This document shows, piece after piece, positions 1-9,847 of a stretch of DNA of 64,000 nt. Made by a program: the position numbers and the translations under genes. Origin of the DNA: Candidatus Woesearchaeota archaeon (GTDB lineage: Archaea; Nanobdellota; Nanobdellia; Pacearchaeales; GW2011-AR1); assembly GCA_964437555.1 (NCBI GenBank), contig CAYTHI010000002.1, positions 7,653-71,652 on the forward strand, read 5' to 3'. Every line of letters begins with the position of its first letter. The first letter of the stretch is position 1. Below the pieces are notes generated by a model. That model ran no database searches. It was not told the origin of the DNA and saw only the letters and a program-made list of their open reading frames with translations.

Positions 1-222
1 AGTGTTTATGATAAAATCAGAGAAATTGAATCTCAAAGAGAAGCTTATCAATCCGTCGGATTTTTAGGCGCAGAATGGATGATAAACAAATCATTAGAAA
101 TGCATCTTGCTATTCAAAGATTATCTGAAAAAAATCAGGAAATAGATGCCAATAACAGCACCTTACAGCAAAAATACAGAGAAATTGAGCAGTCTCTTGA
201 TAATAGAATACTAGATAATTAA
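1..222 (+). CDS. 3' end of a hypothetical protein (5'-truncated by window), paralogue of 1983..2458
   Basis: Frame 1 is open from base 1 to TAA at 220-222 (SVYDKIREIESQREAYQSVGFLGAEWMINKSL...EIDANNSTLQQKYREIEQSLDNRILDN) and aligns by eye with the 1983 ORF and its shifted tail. Confidence 0.75.
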   Translation, partial: SVYDKIREIESQREAYQSVGFLGAEWMINKSLEMHLAIQRLSEKNQEIDANNSTLQQKYREIEQSLDNRILDN

Positions 223-237
223 AGCAAAGTTAAAAGA

Positions 238-1137
238 TTAATCAACTTTTATATCGCCTTCCGGCACGCAGGTTACGCAGGCATTTAGTTCAACCCACAT
301 ATGATAATCTCTCCCTGCGCTTCCTCCAGTTTTTCCTCGTCCAGGCAGGCAATTTATATCAACATCAACAGAAACCGTTACCGTACATTCATTTCCCGAG
401 CGCTGAAAATCGCCTATTATCGGATGTGAAATGCTTACGCTTGACGCGCAATCCTCTCCACAGGTATTATCCATAAGGTTTCTAATAAGACGAAGCACTT
501 CATTAAATGCGTCACTCGTTGCATATTCGCACGCTAAATTTCCTGTTCCAAATAATCCTGATGAAGTTTTAGTCGCACTAACTGTCTGGCTCGCACTTCC
601 TCCAGAACAAGAAGGATTTTCTCTCGTATTTACAGGCTCCATAAAGATGCTAACATCGCCACTAACTACTTTATTACATCCGTTCTGGCAGTCAATACTA
701 TCAATCCACTCTCGCGCATCTTCAATAAGTTGTTCAATTTGACGATTTATCTGCTGATCTTCAAAAAGCTTTTTCCACCATAAAGGATCCCTGTTTAAAG
801 GGTCTCTTTTTATTATTTTCTCTGTGACAAATGTTCTGCACATAGTAGCCCCGCAAGCCAAAGTTATTGAATCTCCGCCAGCTCCGCTTTCCCCAGTCTC
901 TACAATTCCCGAATCTTTGCCTAATCCTTGCTCAATTTTTTCTTCAACTTTAAGTATAAACCAAGGAAGCCCGTAAGCATTGGCTTCTTCTACCTGCTGA
1001 AGCTGTGAAGATGCAGAAGGGCTTAATTCAGCTTGCGTTTCAAAGTGCCCTTTAAAATAAAAAATAGCTAAAAGAGCAATAACCAAAGTAATAGCTAAAA
1101 TCAGAAACAATCTATTTCTATGCGCCTCTTTAGCCAT
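238..1137 (-). CDS. membrane-anchored Cys-rich extracellular hypothetical protein
   Basis: 299-aa ORF with N-terminal TM helix and multiple Cys, including CxxxC pairs. Confidence 0.75.
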   Translation of the reverse strand: MAKEAHRNRLFLILAITLVIALLAIFYFKGHFETQAELSPSASSQLQQVEEANAYGLPWFILKVEEKIEQGLGKDSGIVETGESGAGGDSITLACGATMCRTFVTEKIIKRDPLNRDPLWWKKLFEDQQINRQIEQLIEDAREWIDSIDCQNGCNKVVSGDVSIFMEPVNTRENPSCSGGSASQTVSATKTSSGLFGTGNLACEYATSDAFNEVLRLIRNLMDNTCGEDCASSVSISHPIIGDFQRSGNECTVTVSVDVDINCLPGRGKTGGSAGRDYHMWVELNACVTCVPEGDIKVD

Positions 1138-1267
1138 AAAAATAAAGAAGTTTCATAAGATTATAAAGCTACTGAAAGCAAAACTTATCATCAATAATTA
1201 CCTCTGCGTGAGAAAAAGCTTCGGGAAATTCACAGGTCTGACTATGAACTCTGTTAAAGAAATCTAT

Positions 1268-1882
1268 CTAAATTCTGAATGAAAGTCTTGGAAAAGCGGG
1301 AACAACTCTGAATCTCTGATTGTCTATTCTGACATCACCATTGTCGCTATTATAAATATAATAATCATTTCTTGTAAATCTTACTTCATTCAAATCAAAA
1401 TTAGTCCATCCGCTAAATCCAGGAGTTATTGTAAATTCATAATAGCCTAAAAATCCATCTCCATTGACAACTCCGTATTGGTTTCCATGTAAAATTGTGT
1501 CAACTCCTCTAACATTATCGGTTAATTCCCCGCTTCCATCAGGAGTTGAGTCAACTCTGTTCCAGCCTGAAAGCATGTCATATCCATAGAAATAATCTTC
1601 AGTATCAGTTGGAGCAGGAATATAAGCAGTTACAATATTAAAATTAGCCCATGACTGCCCGCCTGCAAGAACAACATCCCACTCAACACCTTGAATTATA
1701 TCTGTAGGATGCTCTGTTGAGTCAGCATAAACATTCATCCTATAAACTCTTCCGTCAGAAACTAAAATAGTTCTTCCGCCTTCTATCTCTGTTCTGATTT
1801 CCATCTGCGCGTTCACAAATGAAGCAAATGCAATAGCTAAAACTAATCCTATTCCTAAAGTAAATAATGCCCTATTTTTCAT
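1268..1882 (-). CDS. secreted protein with possible cohesin-like beta-sandwich domain
   Basis: Signal peptide; pattern V.VYA...IQGVEWDV.L...G.LG.YEFTI...FSG.TNFDL.EVRF resembles cohesin strands. Confidence 0.5.
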   Translation of the reverse strand: MKNRALFTLGIGLVLAIAFASFVNAQMEIRTEIEGGRTILVSDGRVYRMNVYADSTEHPTDIIQGVEWDVVLAGGQSWANFNIVTAYIPAPTDTEDYFYGYDMLSGWNRVDSTPDGSGELTDNVRGVDTILHGNQYGVVNGDGFLGYYEFTITPGFSGWTNFDLNEVRFTRNDYYIYNSDNGDVRIDNQRFRVVPAFPRLSFRI

Positions 1883-1982
1883 ACTTTTCTTAGAAGTTCA
1901 AACTATTTAAATCTTTCGTTTTGTTATCACTTCTTAAAAGTAAAAGCAATAATTTAAATACATAATATTAGAAAAAATCATT

Positions 1983-2458
1983 ATGAAAAAACACAATAGA
2001 TTAAAAAGAATGTTAGCAGGTCTAGCTGTCTCATCTTTGACGTTACTTGCCTCATGTGCAGACCAAACACCTCAATCAGTCAGAAATTTTTCATCTATCT
2101 ATGAAGGAAGAGAAGATAATGAATTTCAAAGGGAAATTTATAATGCATCAAGAAACAATCTGCCTTTGGCAGATTCAACAATATCGGGATTTTTCGCATG
2201 CGCTGAAGAAGGTGCAAGAGCTTATGCAACTGCACAAAAGCAGGCATATGATGCAATAATAGAAATTGAATCAAAAAGAAAAAACTACCATGCTGCCGGG
2301 TTTCTTGCAATCCAATGGGCATTTGATGAGTCTTTAAAAGTATCTGGCCTTATAAGCTGTTTGGAAAAAAGCATAGGGAAATAGACCCTGATAATATTTC
2401 CCTGCCTGAAAAATACGATGAAATTGAAGAATCAATAGACGATAGGATATACAGATAG
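1983..2458 (+). pseudogene. lipoprotein-like hypothetical protein, frameshifted in an A6 run near 2365-2370
   Basis: Lipobox-like LLASC; the ORF stops at 2384, but one extra A restores LEKKHREIDPDNISLPEKYDEIEESIDDRIYR* (stop 2456-2458), matching the paralogue at 1..222. Confidence 0.65.
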
Positions 2459-2566
2459 AGAATTAATCACTCCTATATTGCCTTGCGAAATACAGCCCAC
2501 ACATACTTCTGTTTAAACCCAAATGCTATAATCTTTTCCACCCCTTCCCTGCCCTGCCAAACAATT

Positions 2567-5500
2567 TTATCTGTCTTCATATTCAAAGCCTATATTAGCC
2601 AAATCAACAACATCCATTTCATCGTCACAATTAATATCATATGAAGCGTTATATCCTTCTTGCCCAAGAGCCTTATTATAATTATTAGTAATAGATAAAA
2701 CATCCGCCAAGGTAATCTGCCCATCCCCCGTAACATCAGCATCAACAGGGCAATTCAAATTCTTATTAACAATCGTTGCCCCCGCAGTCCCGCTTGAAGC
2801 TCCAGAACCGCCAGCTAAATTAGTTGAGCTAAAGCTTCTTATGAATCCGTGCGCATTCATCTGGAATATCCCCCCATTTCCTCCTGCTCCGGCAGCACCT
2901 TCAGTTAAAGCTCCTGCTCCTCCTACTCCATCTATAACTCCATTAGTCCTGTTGAACAAATTAGAAACAGTTGCATTAACAATTCCTCCATTCCCGCCCT
3001 GTGCTCCGGCTTTGCCTCTGAATACTATCTGATTCCCTGGCAAGAAAGTTACATTCTGTGAAACATTCAAAACAAGATTTCTTCCATTTCCTGATGAATC
3101 AAATAATGTGTATAACGACGCGTTTAACTTTAGATTTGTAAAGTCGCAAATATTATTAGTGCATAATTCAGAATATAGTAAGCATGAGCTTGTAACATTG
3201 CAATCACTTCCCTCTGCACATTGAGGAAGAGCAAGGCACTGCCCTAAGTCAGCTATGTAATAGCTAGTAAACGAAGTTACATTGAATAATACTGTCGCGG
3301 CATTCAACGAAGTGTAGTTATAGCAGTCAAAGCAAATGCTGCTGTCCCTGAATATGTATGGCTCTGTAAAGTTTGCAGGCATATTGTAGAAAGTTATGTT
3401 GGCGCTTCTGTTCAAGCCAATATTATTCGTAGATTCAACAACAGCCAGATTATTTGACAATCTTATGTCATTGCTTAAATTAGTTCCGGAGCCATTTACA
3501 TCTCTTAAGAAATAAATTTCTCCCTGTGTGGTTTCAACATATCTTAATATTCCTCCTGTTCCCGAGAAAGTATAATTTGCAAAATAACTATCAATCACAT
3601 TTGTCCTATTCGCGCCTGCAAAATCAATGTCATAATAAGAAGAATTTGTATTTCTAACTGTCATATTTTGCAAAATATGATTATTTCCTGACAAAGTTAT
3701 AGGAGTATCCACTGAATCAATAAATGTCAGATTATCAAATCTGCTATTATTTCCATCAGAGGAAATTTCAACAGCTCCTACAGCATTAATGAAAATGCTC
3801 TTGCTTACGTTATAATTATTTCCTGACATAAACAGCGCGTTAACAGTCATATTATTAAATTCGCTTGCTGAAACTTCGTGATTATCTCCTCCAAGAACAA
3901 GCCCGTAATTAGCATTGTAATGCGAGTTATTTGTAAAGGAATTATTCCCATCTGCTGTTCCAACTGCATTAACTCCCCTGTCTGAAGTTGTAAAGTTATT
4001 ATTTGAGAAATTAGAATTATAAACTCCCTGCAATGAAACTCCGACATTGCCGCTGAACTTTGAATTCAGAACCTTGGAATTATTTGAGTTCAATAGCTTT
4101 ATTCCGACATTGCTTGAAAGCCCCGTGCTTCTTATTAAATTAACATTATTTACGACAGTTCCGTATTGGTCAGAATAAATTAAATCAACTGAAGTAATGG
4201 TATTGCCTATACTAAATCCATTTCCGTTAAAGGTTACATTTTGTGCTGTAATATTTATACATGCTTCTAATCCGGCAGGAACAAAGCTTGAGCCTTGCAC
4301 ATAAGTCTTGCCAGCAACATTTAATTCTTTGCATCCTGTAATCAATGAGCTATTAGTGATAGTAAATCTAACACTTGCTGTGTAATTATTATTTCCTGAA
4401 GTGTCATTAGCGAAAACCCTGAAGTTATATCCTCCCAAAGCAATTGAAGAATTTGTTGCATTATGCTCCCTGTTATCCATACTGCTCATGGTTAAATTGT
4501 TAATTCCGTCATCAAGAGAATACTGAACAAGGCTTCCATTTTCATTCAAAGAAACATTAAATATGAAAGGAAGGTCATCGTCATCATAAGTTGTATTTGC
4601 AGGGAAATTAATGGTTACGCTTGGAGCAGTCTGGTCTGCAAGAACATAAGTAACATTGAAGAATAAAGCATCTGTTGTTAAAACCTGCCCTCCTGCTGCA
4701 ATTCCGGTTCTTGTAATTTCATCTCTTGCCATTGCTCTTGTTCCGGAGCTTCCAAAGAAATTACTGCAAGTCCATGTTTCCAATGAAGTAACATTTGTGC
4801 AAGTCAACCCAGGATTTGCTGATGTTCCAGGACATGTTGTTGTTACATTGCTGTAACTTCCTCCTCCGTCAGCATCAACTGCAATTAAACAGCTTGCAGG
4901 ATTGCTCCCAACAATCCACCATTCATAACATAAAAATACATCTCCTGTGGTTGCGCAGTTTGTCACAGAGCTGTTGTAAGAACTGATATTTACTCCTCCG
5001 TATTGAGCCGTATTGAATGTCTGGGTTTCAGAGCTTCCGTCATCACAGCTTAGAAAATCAGTAATTTCTTCTCCGCCGCAATTTCCAGGATAAATTCCGT
5101 CGCATGCACTTGCATAAGAATTCTGAGCTCCTAAATTTTCAGCACTGCACGCTTGAGCTCTTAATGTCGCAACTGTAGACGGCTCAAAGTCAGGGTCAAT
5201 GATATGGTCAAACTCAACGTCTCCATTTAAAACCCTTAAGTCAAATGTGTCCTGCTCTCCTTTCAAGCCAGTCAAATAAACTTTGTTATATTCTTCTGGA
5301 ATTAAATTATCAAATACCGCAATAACTTCGCTTCCGTTAAATGTATAAACTTCTATTCCAGGATTACCGGAAACAATCCTTGGATAAAGAGTTATATCAT
5401 TTTCCGATGTCAGATTTCTCTCAAAAGTCACTCTTACGTAATCCTCTGAAGGAATAGCTTCGCTCCATACTCCGTCTAATGCTTTTACTTCATCATATAT

Positions 5501-7390
5501 ATCAGAAATGAATTCTTTGTCAGCATCCAAATGCTCTGCTTTGATAATTTCTATAATGAATGTCTGGTTGCTCAAACTAGGAGTAATCCATTCTACATAA
5601 TCGTAAACTCCATTTGAATTTATATCTGAAACTAAAGTCGGCTGAACATAAGCGTCCTTTTCCTTCCAAAAGATTTTCAGAGCATTAGGACTTTTAACTT
5701 CGAAACTTTCAGGAATATTTGTGAAAGACAAAACATCTGTATAATGAACACTATCAGGCCCAATAATCACAACCTCTTTTTTATCTTCCAATACACTTTC
5801 AATAGCATAAGGAGCAGGCGTTTCATACTCAATAGTCACTTCCTGAACTACATCTTGCCCTGTGCTGTCAACAACTTCCACAACATTGCCATCCACAGCT
5901 TTTTCAGATACACTAATCCCGCGTTCATCAGAAATAACAAGCCCGGTCTGACTGCCAAAAAGATTCTTTATCCAGTAAACAACAGAAATTAGGAAGTTGC
6001 CTTCCTTTTCCAGCTTAAGCTTTGCAACAACCTCGCCGGTTATTGCTGAAGATTCATCTGATGTAGTTTCTGCTGAAGCAGATTCCGGACTATTTGAAAC
6101 TGTTCCTGATGAGCCTTGCCCGCTGGATAAACTCTCTTCTACAATCTCTATAATATCTTCAACATCTTCTCCCCTGCTCGAATCAACATTAATCCGCTCC
6201 GCAATATCTCCTGACTTGCTCCTGTCAACCCTGACTATCCCGACAACCTCAACATTTTCTGCATATTCAGGAAGAGTAACAGTAACTTTTTTGGCCTCCT
6301 TTTCTGTTAAATCAATTTTTTGCACCCATTTCACAGGCTTTCCTAAAACGGCGCCGGTCTGCATTTTATCAACAACTATGTTCGCGGTTGCATTTTCTTC
6401 AGCAATGCCGCTGGCATTTTCTCCGGCTATCTCATTAGCTACTACTGAAACTCTCTTTTCCGTTTTGGCTAAAATTTTTCCATTATAAAATAAAGTTATT
6501 GAAATTAATTTGACGCTCTTTTCCGCAATTAACTCAAATTTGGATAATTCTATTTCTGCAATAAGCTTTTCAGAATCAGCCAGGAAATCCTCGCCAAACC
6601 CCTCAACTTTCTCAGAATAATCCGTTGAAACAATTAATTCTCCTCGTCTTACTCTGACATCAACTGAAGAGTCATCTATCACAAAACCACTGGCTTTTAC
6701 GCTTCCGGGCACAATCTCGGCATCCTGATTGCTTTCAATAGAATAAACAAAATTATTATCTTTGCTTGCCTTTCCTGAAATAATAAAAAAAGTTTCATAA
6801 ACTGTTCCTCCCGTAATTGGAGGCTTTTTTCCGCTGTCTCCGCCACCGCTATCCAAATCTGAAGGGGCTGCTGTATCCGAACCGCTTTCATCGCCTCTTC
6901 CGGCTTGATCTGCAGAACTCACGCTTGGAGAACCTCCCCCGCCTCTTCCGGAAGTTGATCCTATCTTTTGAGAAATGCGAATTTCAAATTCAACTTCAGG
7001 ATAAATTATCTTCTCTCCTAAAACACCATATCCCTTTCCGAAACCCACAATGTCTGTGCCTTCAGCATAAAACTCTCCAGAAACATGAGCTAAAGAAACA
7101 AGGCTGGAAAGAGAAAATTCTTTTGTTTTATCATCAATCTGAACAACAACTAACGAATCCTTTGGAACAAGCTCCCCTCCAAAAAGAGAAAGTTCCAAAA
7201 CTCCTCCGATTGGCTCCCCGACTTCATAAATAGCGCCCATTGTGTCAAGAGAAATTTTTCCAGTAGCTTTAGAAAATATTGAAGAATCTATAAACGAAAA
7301 AAATAAGGCTAATACAGCAGCAACAAGAAAAAAGTAAAGAACATACTTTCCTGCCCTTCCCGACTTATCAAAATTCATTTCATCCATCAC
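2567..7390 (-). CDS. giant surface protein: N-terminal TM, Ser/Gly linkers, Cys-rich domain, Ig-like domain, right-handed beta-helix repeats, C-terminal dockerin-like domain
   Basis: 1607-aa ORF; many N-x-S/T sequons; Asn-ladder repeats; C-terminal duplicated Ca-binding loops DVTGDGQITLADV / DINCDDEMDVVDL. Confidence 0.8.
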   Translation of the reverse strand: MMDEMNFDKSGRAGKYVLYFFLVAAVLALFFSFIDSSIFSKATGKISLDTMGAIYEVGEPIGGVLELSLFGGELVPKDSLVVVQIDDKTKEFSLSSLVSLAHVSGEFYAEGTDIVGFGKGYGVLGEKIIYPEVEFEIRISQKIGSTSGRGGGGSPSVSSADQAGRGDESGSDTAAPSDLDSGGGDSGKKPPITGGTVYETFFIISGKASKDNNFVYSIESNQDAEIVPGSVKASGFVIDDSSVDVRVRRGELIVSTDYSEKVEGFGEDFLADSEKLIAEIELSKFELIAEKSVKLISITLFYNGKILAKTEKRVSVVANEIAGENASGIAEENATANIVVDKMQTGAVLGKPVKWVQKIDLTEKEAKKVTVTLPEYAENVEVVGIVRVDRSKSGDIAERINVDSSRGEDVEDIIEIVEESLSSGQGSSGTVSNSPESASAETTSDESSAITGEVVAKLKLEKEGNFLISVVYWIKNLFGSQTGLVISDERGISVSEKAVDGNVVEVVDSTGQDVVQEVTIEYETPAPYAIESVLEDKKEVVIIGPDSVHYTDVLSFTNIPESFEVKSPNALKIFWKEKDAYVQPTLVSDINSNGVYDYVEWITPSLSNQTFIIEIIKAEHLDADKEFISDIYDEVKALDGVWSEAIPSEDYVRVTFERNLTSENDITLYPRIVSGNPGIEVYTFNGSEVIAVFDNLIPEEYNKVYLTGLKGEQDTFDLRVLNGDVEFDHIIDPDFEPSTVATLRAQACSAENLGAQNSYASACDGIYPGNCGGEEITDFLSCDDGSSETQTFNTAQYGGVNISSYNSSVTNCATTGDVFLCYEWWIVGSNPASCLIAVDADGGGSYSNVTTTCPGTSANPGLTCTNVTSLETWTCSNFFGSSGTRAMARDEITRTGIAAGGQVLTTDALFFNVTYVLADQTAPSVTINFPANTTYDDDDLPFIFNVSLNENGSLVQYSLDDGINNLTMSSMDNREHNATNSSIALGGYNFRVFANDTSGNNNYTASVRFTITNSSLITGCKELNVAGKTYVQGSSFVPAGLEACINITAQNVTFNGNGFSIGNTITSVDLIYSDQYGTVVNNVNLIRSTGLSSNVGIKLLNSNNSKVLNSKFSGNVGVSLQGVYNSNFSNNNFTTSDRGVNAVGTADGNNSFTNNSHYNANYGLVLGGDNHEVSASEFNNMTVNALFMSGNNYNVSKSIFINAVGAVEISSDGNNSRFDNLTFIDSVDTPITLSGNNHILQNMTVRNTNSSYYDIDFAGANRTNVIDSYFANYTFSGTGGILRYVETTQGEIYFLRDVNGSGTNLSNDIRLSNNLAVVESTNNIGLNRSANITFYNMPANFTEPYIFRDSSICFDCYNYTSLNAATVLFNVTSFTSYYIADLGQCLALPQCAEGSDCNVTSSCLLYSELCTNNICDFTNLKLNASLYTLFDSSGNGRNLVLNVSQNVTFLPGNQIVFRGKAGAQGGNGGIVNATVSNLFNRTNGVIDGVGGAGALTEGAAGAGGNGGIFQMNAHGFIRSFSSTNLAGGSGASSGTAGATIVNKNLNCPVDADVTGDGQITLADVLSITNNYNKALGQEGYNASYDINCDDEMDVVDLANIGFEYEDR

Positions 7391-7474
7391 CTATTTCTCC
7401 TTTAAAAAACACCTCACTTAGAATATAAATTTTGGTTTATATACTTTTATACGATGAAAATTTAATAGGAAGTG

Positions 7475-8362
7475 CTAATCAGTCGTTATAATCTTCTTAT
7501 CATCAAAAATCAAAACGCTATGCTCAGCCTGCGCAACTTTCTTGCCTCTGGCTTCAACTAATTGATGCTCTTGTTTTAAAAGACCTGCCTGCTCAATTTG
7601 CCTTAAAGCTAACAGCCCTCGTGAGCCAAATTTCTTATGAATCCAGCGGGAGCAAAAAGGCAGCTCATTATACTCTTCTATTATAAAATTCAAAACTTCT
7701 CTGGCAAAATTATCCCTGGCATTTCCTGCTCCAATAAGCCAAAATATTCCAGAGGGCTTTCCGTCCTTAACTTTGCCTAATCCGTTTGTTGAAAATGGCT
7801 CAATTGCATAAAGCCCTTCTTTTAAAAAACTCTCATCAGCATTATCAACATTTGGTATTGTCAGCCCGGCATGCAAATCATACCTCTTTATTCCATGCCC
7901 TGTCAGATTCACAACAGGAGAAAAACCTTTTTTTTCTATTTCTTCTCCAATAATCTTTCCTATTTCCCTAAGCTTGACTCCTTCCTTAATAAAATTCAAT
8001 GCCTTATTCAAAGAACTTTCGGCAGCCTCAATTAATTCTTTATTTTCCGAGTTATTTTCCAAATCCAAACTGAAAGCAGTGTCTGCGACAAATCCATCAA
8101 CATGAACTCCCACGTCAACTTTTAGCAAGCCATGGGCAACATCTTCTGAATCCCATGCCGGTGTAGAGTGAGCAGCAATTTCATCGATGCTTAAATTCAC
8201 AGGAAACGCCGGCTTTCCTCCAAGCTCAAAAATTTTTGCATCCAATTTCTCAACAATCTCAAGCAATTTCATTCCCGGCTTAATAATGCTTTTTGCATAA
8301 TCCATCACTTCCTTGGCAATCTTGCCCGCCTTCTTTATCTTTTCAATTTCATCTTGTTTCAT
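7475..8362 (-). CDS. map: methionine aminopeptidase type II
   Basis: AFPVNLS..AAH, KVDVGVHVDG..ADTA, NLTGH, AIEPF, AQAEHS motifs. Confidence 0.95.
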   Translation of the reverse strand: MKQDEIEKIKKAGKIAKEVMDYAKSIIKPGMKLLEIVEKLDAKIFELGGKPAFPVNLSIDEIAAHSTPAWDSEDVAHGLLKVDVGVHVDGFVADTAFSLDLENNSENKELIEAAESSLNKALNFIKEGVKLREIGKIIGEEIEKKGFSPVVNLTGHGIKRYDLHAGLTIPNVDNADESFLKEGLYAIEPFSTNGLGKVKDGKPSGIFWLIGAGNARDNFAREVLNFIIEEYNELPFCSRWIHKKFGSRGLLALRQIEQAGLLKQEHQLVEARGKKVAQAEHSVLIFDDKKIITTD

Positions 8363-8469
8363 TTTTTTGAAATATCATTACGCTTTTTATATGTTCCATC
8401 TTATCAAAAAGCAACTATGTAGTAATAACAAATACAAACATTTAAATACATATATTATTCAAACATTTT

Positions 8470-8757
8470 ATGACAAATGAATATGCAGAATATGAAGGAA
8501 TTGGCGATGTTCCTTACGAGAGAAATGAACATACAGGTAATCCAATACTAGACAGAAAAATTGCAAGAGCTGTATCAGACTCTGCGTATAAAGAAAGTCA
8601 GCAAGAGTATACAGGTCCAAATCCAATAGGAACTTTAATACCCGACAGAATTTCAAGCGAAAGAATGGCTGCTCTTAAGAACAGAATTGTTATCCAAATA
8701 CCAAAAAGTCTAAGAGGCAATGGCCGGACTTCTGGATACGATACAGATTCAGCTTAA
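8470..8757 (+). CDS. hypothetical protein
   Basis: 95-aa ORF preceded by TATA-like TTTAAATA about 22 nt upstream. Confidence 0.55.
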   Translation: MTNEYAEYEGIGDVPYERNEHTGNPILDRKIARAVSDSAYKESQQEYTGPNPIGTLIPDRISSERMAALKNRIVIQIPKSLRGNGRTSGYDTDSA

Positions 8758-9215
8758 TTCTTCCTAATTCTCCTTTCTTTCGGAACAAAATTAATTAAAA
8801 CTTTCCCGTTCCATTTTCCACAGCCTAAAAAGTCATTATTATTCTTAACAATGTACATTCCCTGCTCTTCATTATGCTCAATCTCAAGATTCTCTCCTCT
8901 AATCCATTTATCCAGCTCTTTTTCGCTGATTTCAATAATACTCTTCCCTATTTGTTTCCCTAAAATATGAATTCCGTCTAAGCTCAATCTTAAAGCCCCA
9001 TTTTCTTCCTTAAACAAATAAGCTCCGATAATCTCAATTCTTGCAAGCTCTCCGAGTAATTTAATTTCATCTCTTGTCATGGTTCCTGAAAATCCGCGAA
9101 TCTTTTCTTTTCCTGTTTCAATTAACAAATAAGGCAATTCATTTATTCCAAATTCGTCATTCAACTTTTCCAGAATTCGTTTCTTCTCTTTGCTGTTAAT
9201 GAATTCAATATTCAT
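8754..9215 (-). CDS. Nip7/PUA-like RNA-binding protein associated with rRNA m5C methyltransferase
   Basis: LRLSLDG...W.RGE...GCGK...L.NFVPKERR pattern; operonic with RsmB/NOP2. Confidence 0.7.
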   Translation of the reverse strand: MNIEFINSKEKKRILEKLNDEFGINELPYLLIETGKEKIRGFSGTMTRDEIKLLGELARIEIIGAYLFKEENGALRLSLDGIHILGKQIGKSIIEISEKELDKWIRGENLEIEHNEEQGMYIVKNNNDFLGCGKWNGKVLINFVPKERRIRKN

Positions 9216-9844
9216 GCTGAAATCCCGAGCTTCTTTAGCTCCCTGAAAGCCTGCTTATTGCTCTTAAACAAAATGCTTTTTATTCCTGATTTTTTAGCGG
9301 CTTTAGTATTCCATTTCCTATTATCAATAAATACCGTCTCGTGTGCCTTTAATTTTAATTTTTTCAAAGTATATTTGTATATTTTAGGATTTGGCTTTCT
9401 CATCCCAACATCGCATGAGACAACAACAGCATCAAATTTTTTCGCATCTTTTTTATCAATAAACACATTCTTAGACAAATGCCATTGGTCAGACAAGATT
9501 GCAATTTTATATCCTTTTTTTCTTAGATTGAATGCAAAGTCATAAAGCTCATCATTCCTTCTATAAAGTTTCCTATAACTTTCAATAATTTTCTTCTCTA
9601 ATTTCCCCGCATAAATATTAAGATTGCCAGAAATGATTTTCAGAATTTTTATCTTAGAAATCTTGCCTTCCATTGAATACGCATAAGCAGAATCAATAGC
9701 ATCAAGCCACGTGTCGAGCTCCAGGTCAAGGACTTTTGCCATCTCCTCATGAAAGCCCATTGCAAACCTACTGCCTTTTCTTAATTCAACTCCTAAAGCC
9801 AGCACGCCATTCACATCGAAAATTACCGCTTTTATTTCTTTCAT
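9212..9844 (-). CDS. HAD-superfamily phosphatase
   Basis: IFDVNGVL motif I, KP.P.IY, FIDN motif IV. Confidence 0.9.
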   Translation of the reverse strand: MKEIKAVIFDVNGVLALGVELRKGSRFAMGFHEEMAKVLDLELDTWLDAIDSAYAYSMEGKISKIKILKIISGNLNIYAGKLEKKIIESYRKLYRRNDELYDFAFNLRKKGYKIAILSDQWHLSKNVFIDKKDAKKFDAVVVSCDVGMRKPNPKIYKYTLKKLKLKAHETVFIDNRKWNTKAAKKSGIKSILFKSNKQAFRELKKLGISA

Positions 9845-9847
9845 TTT

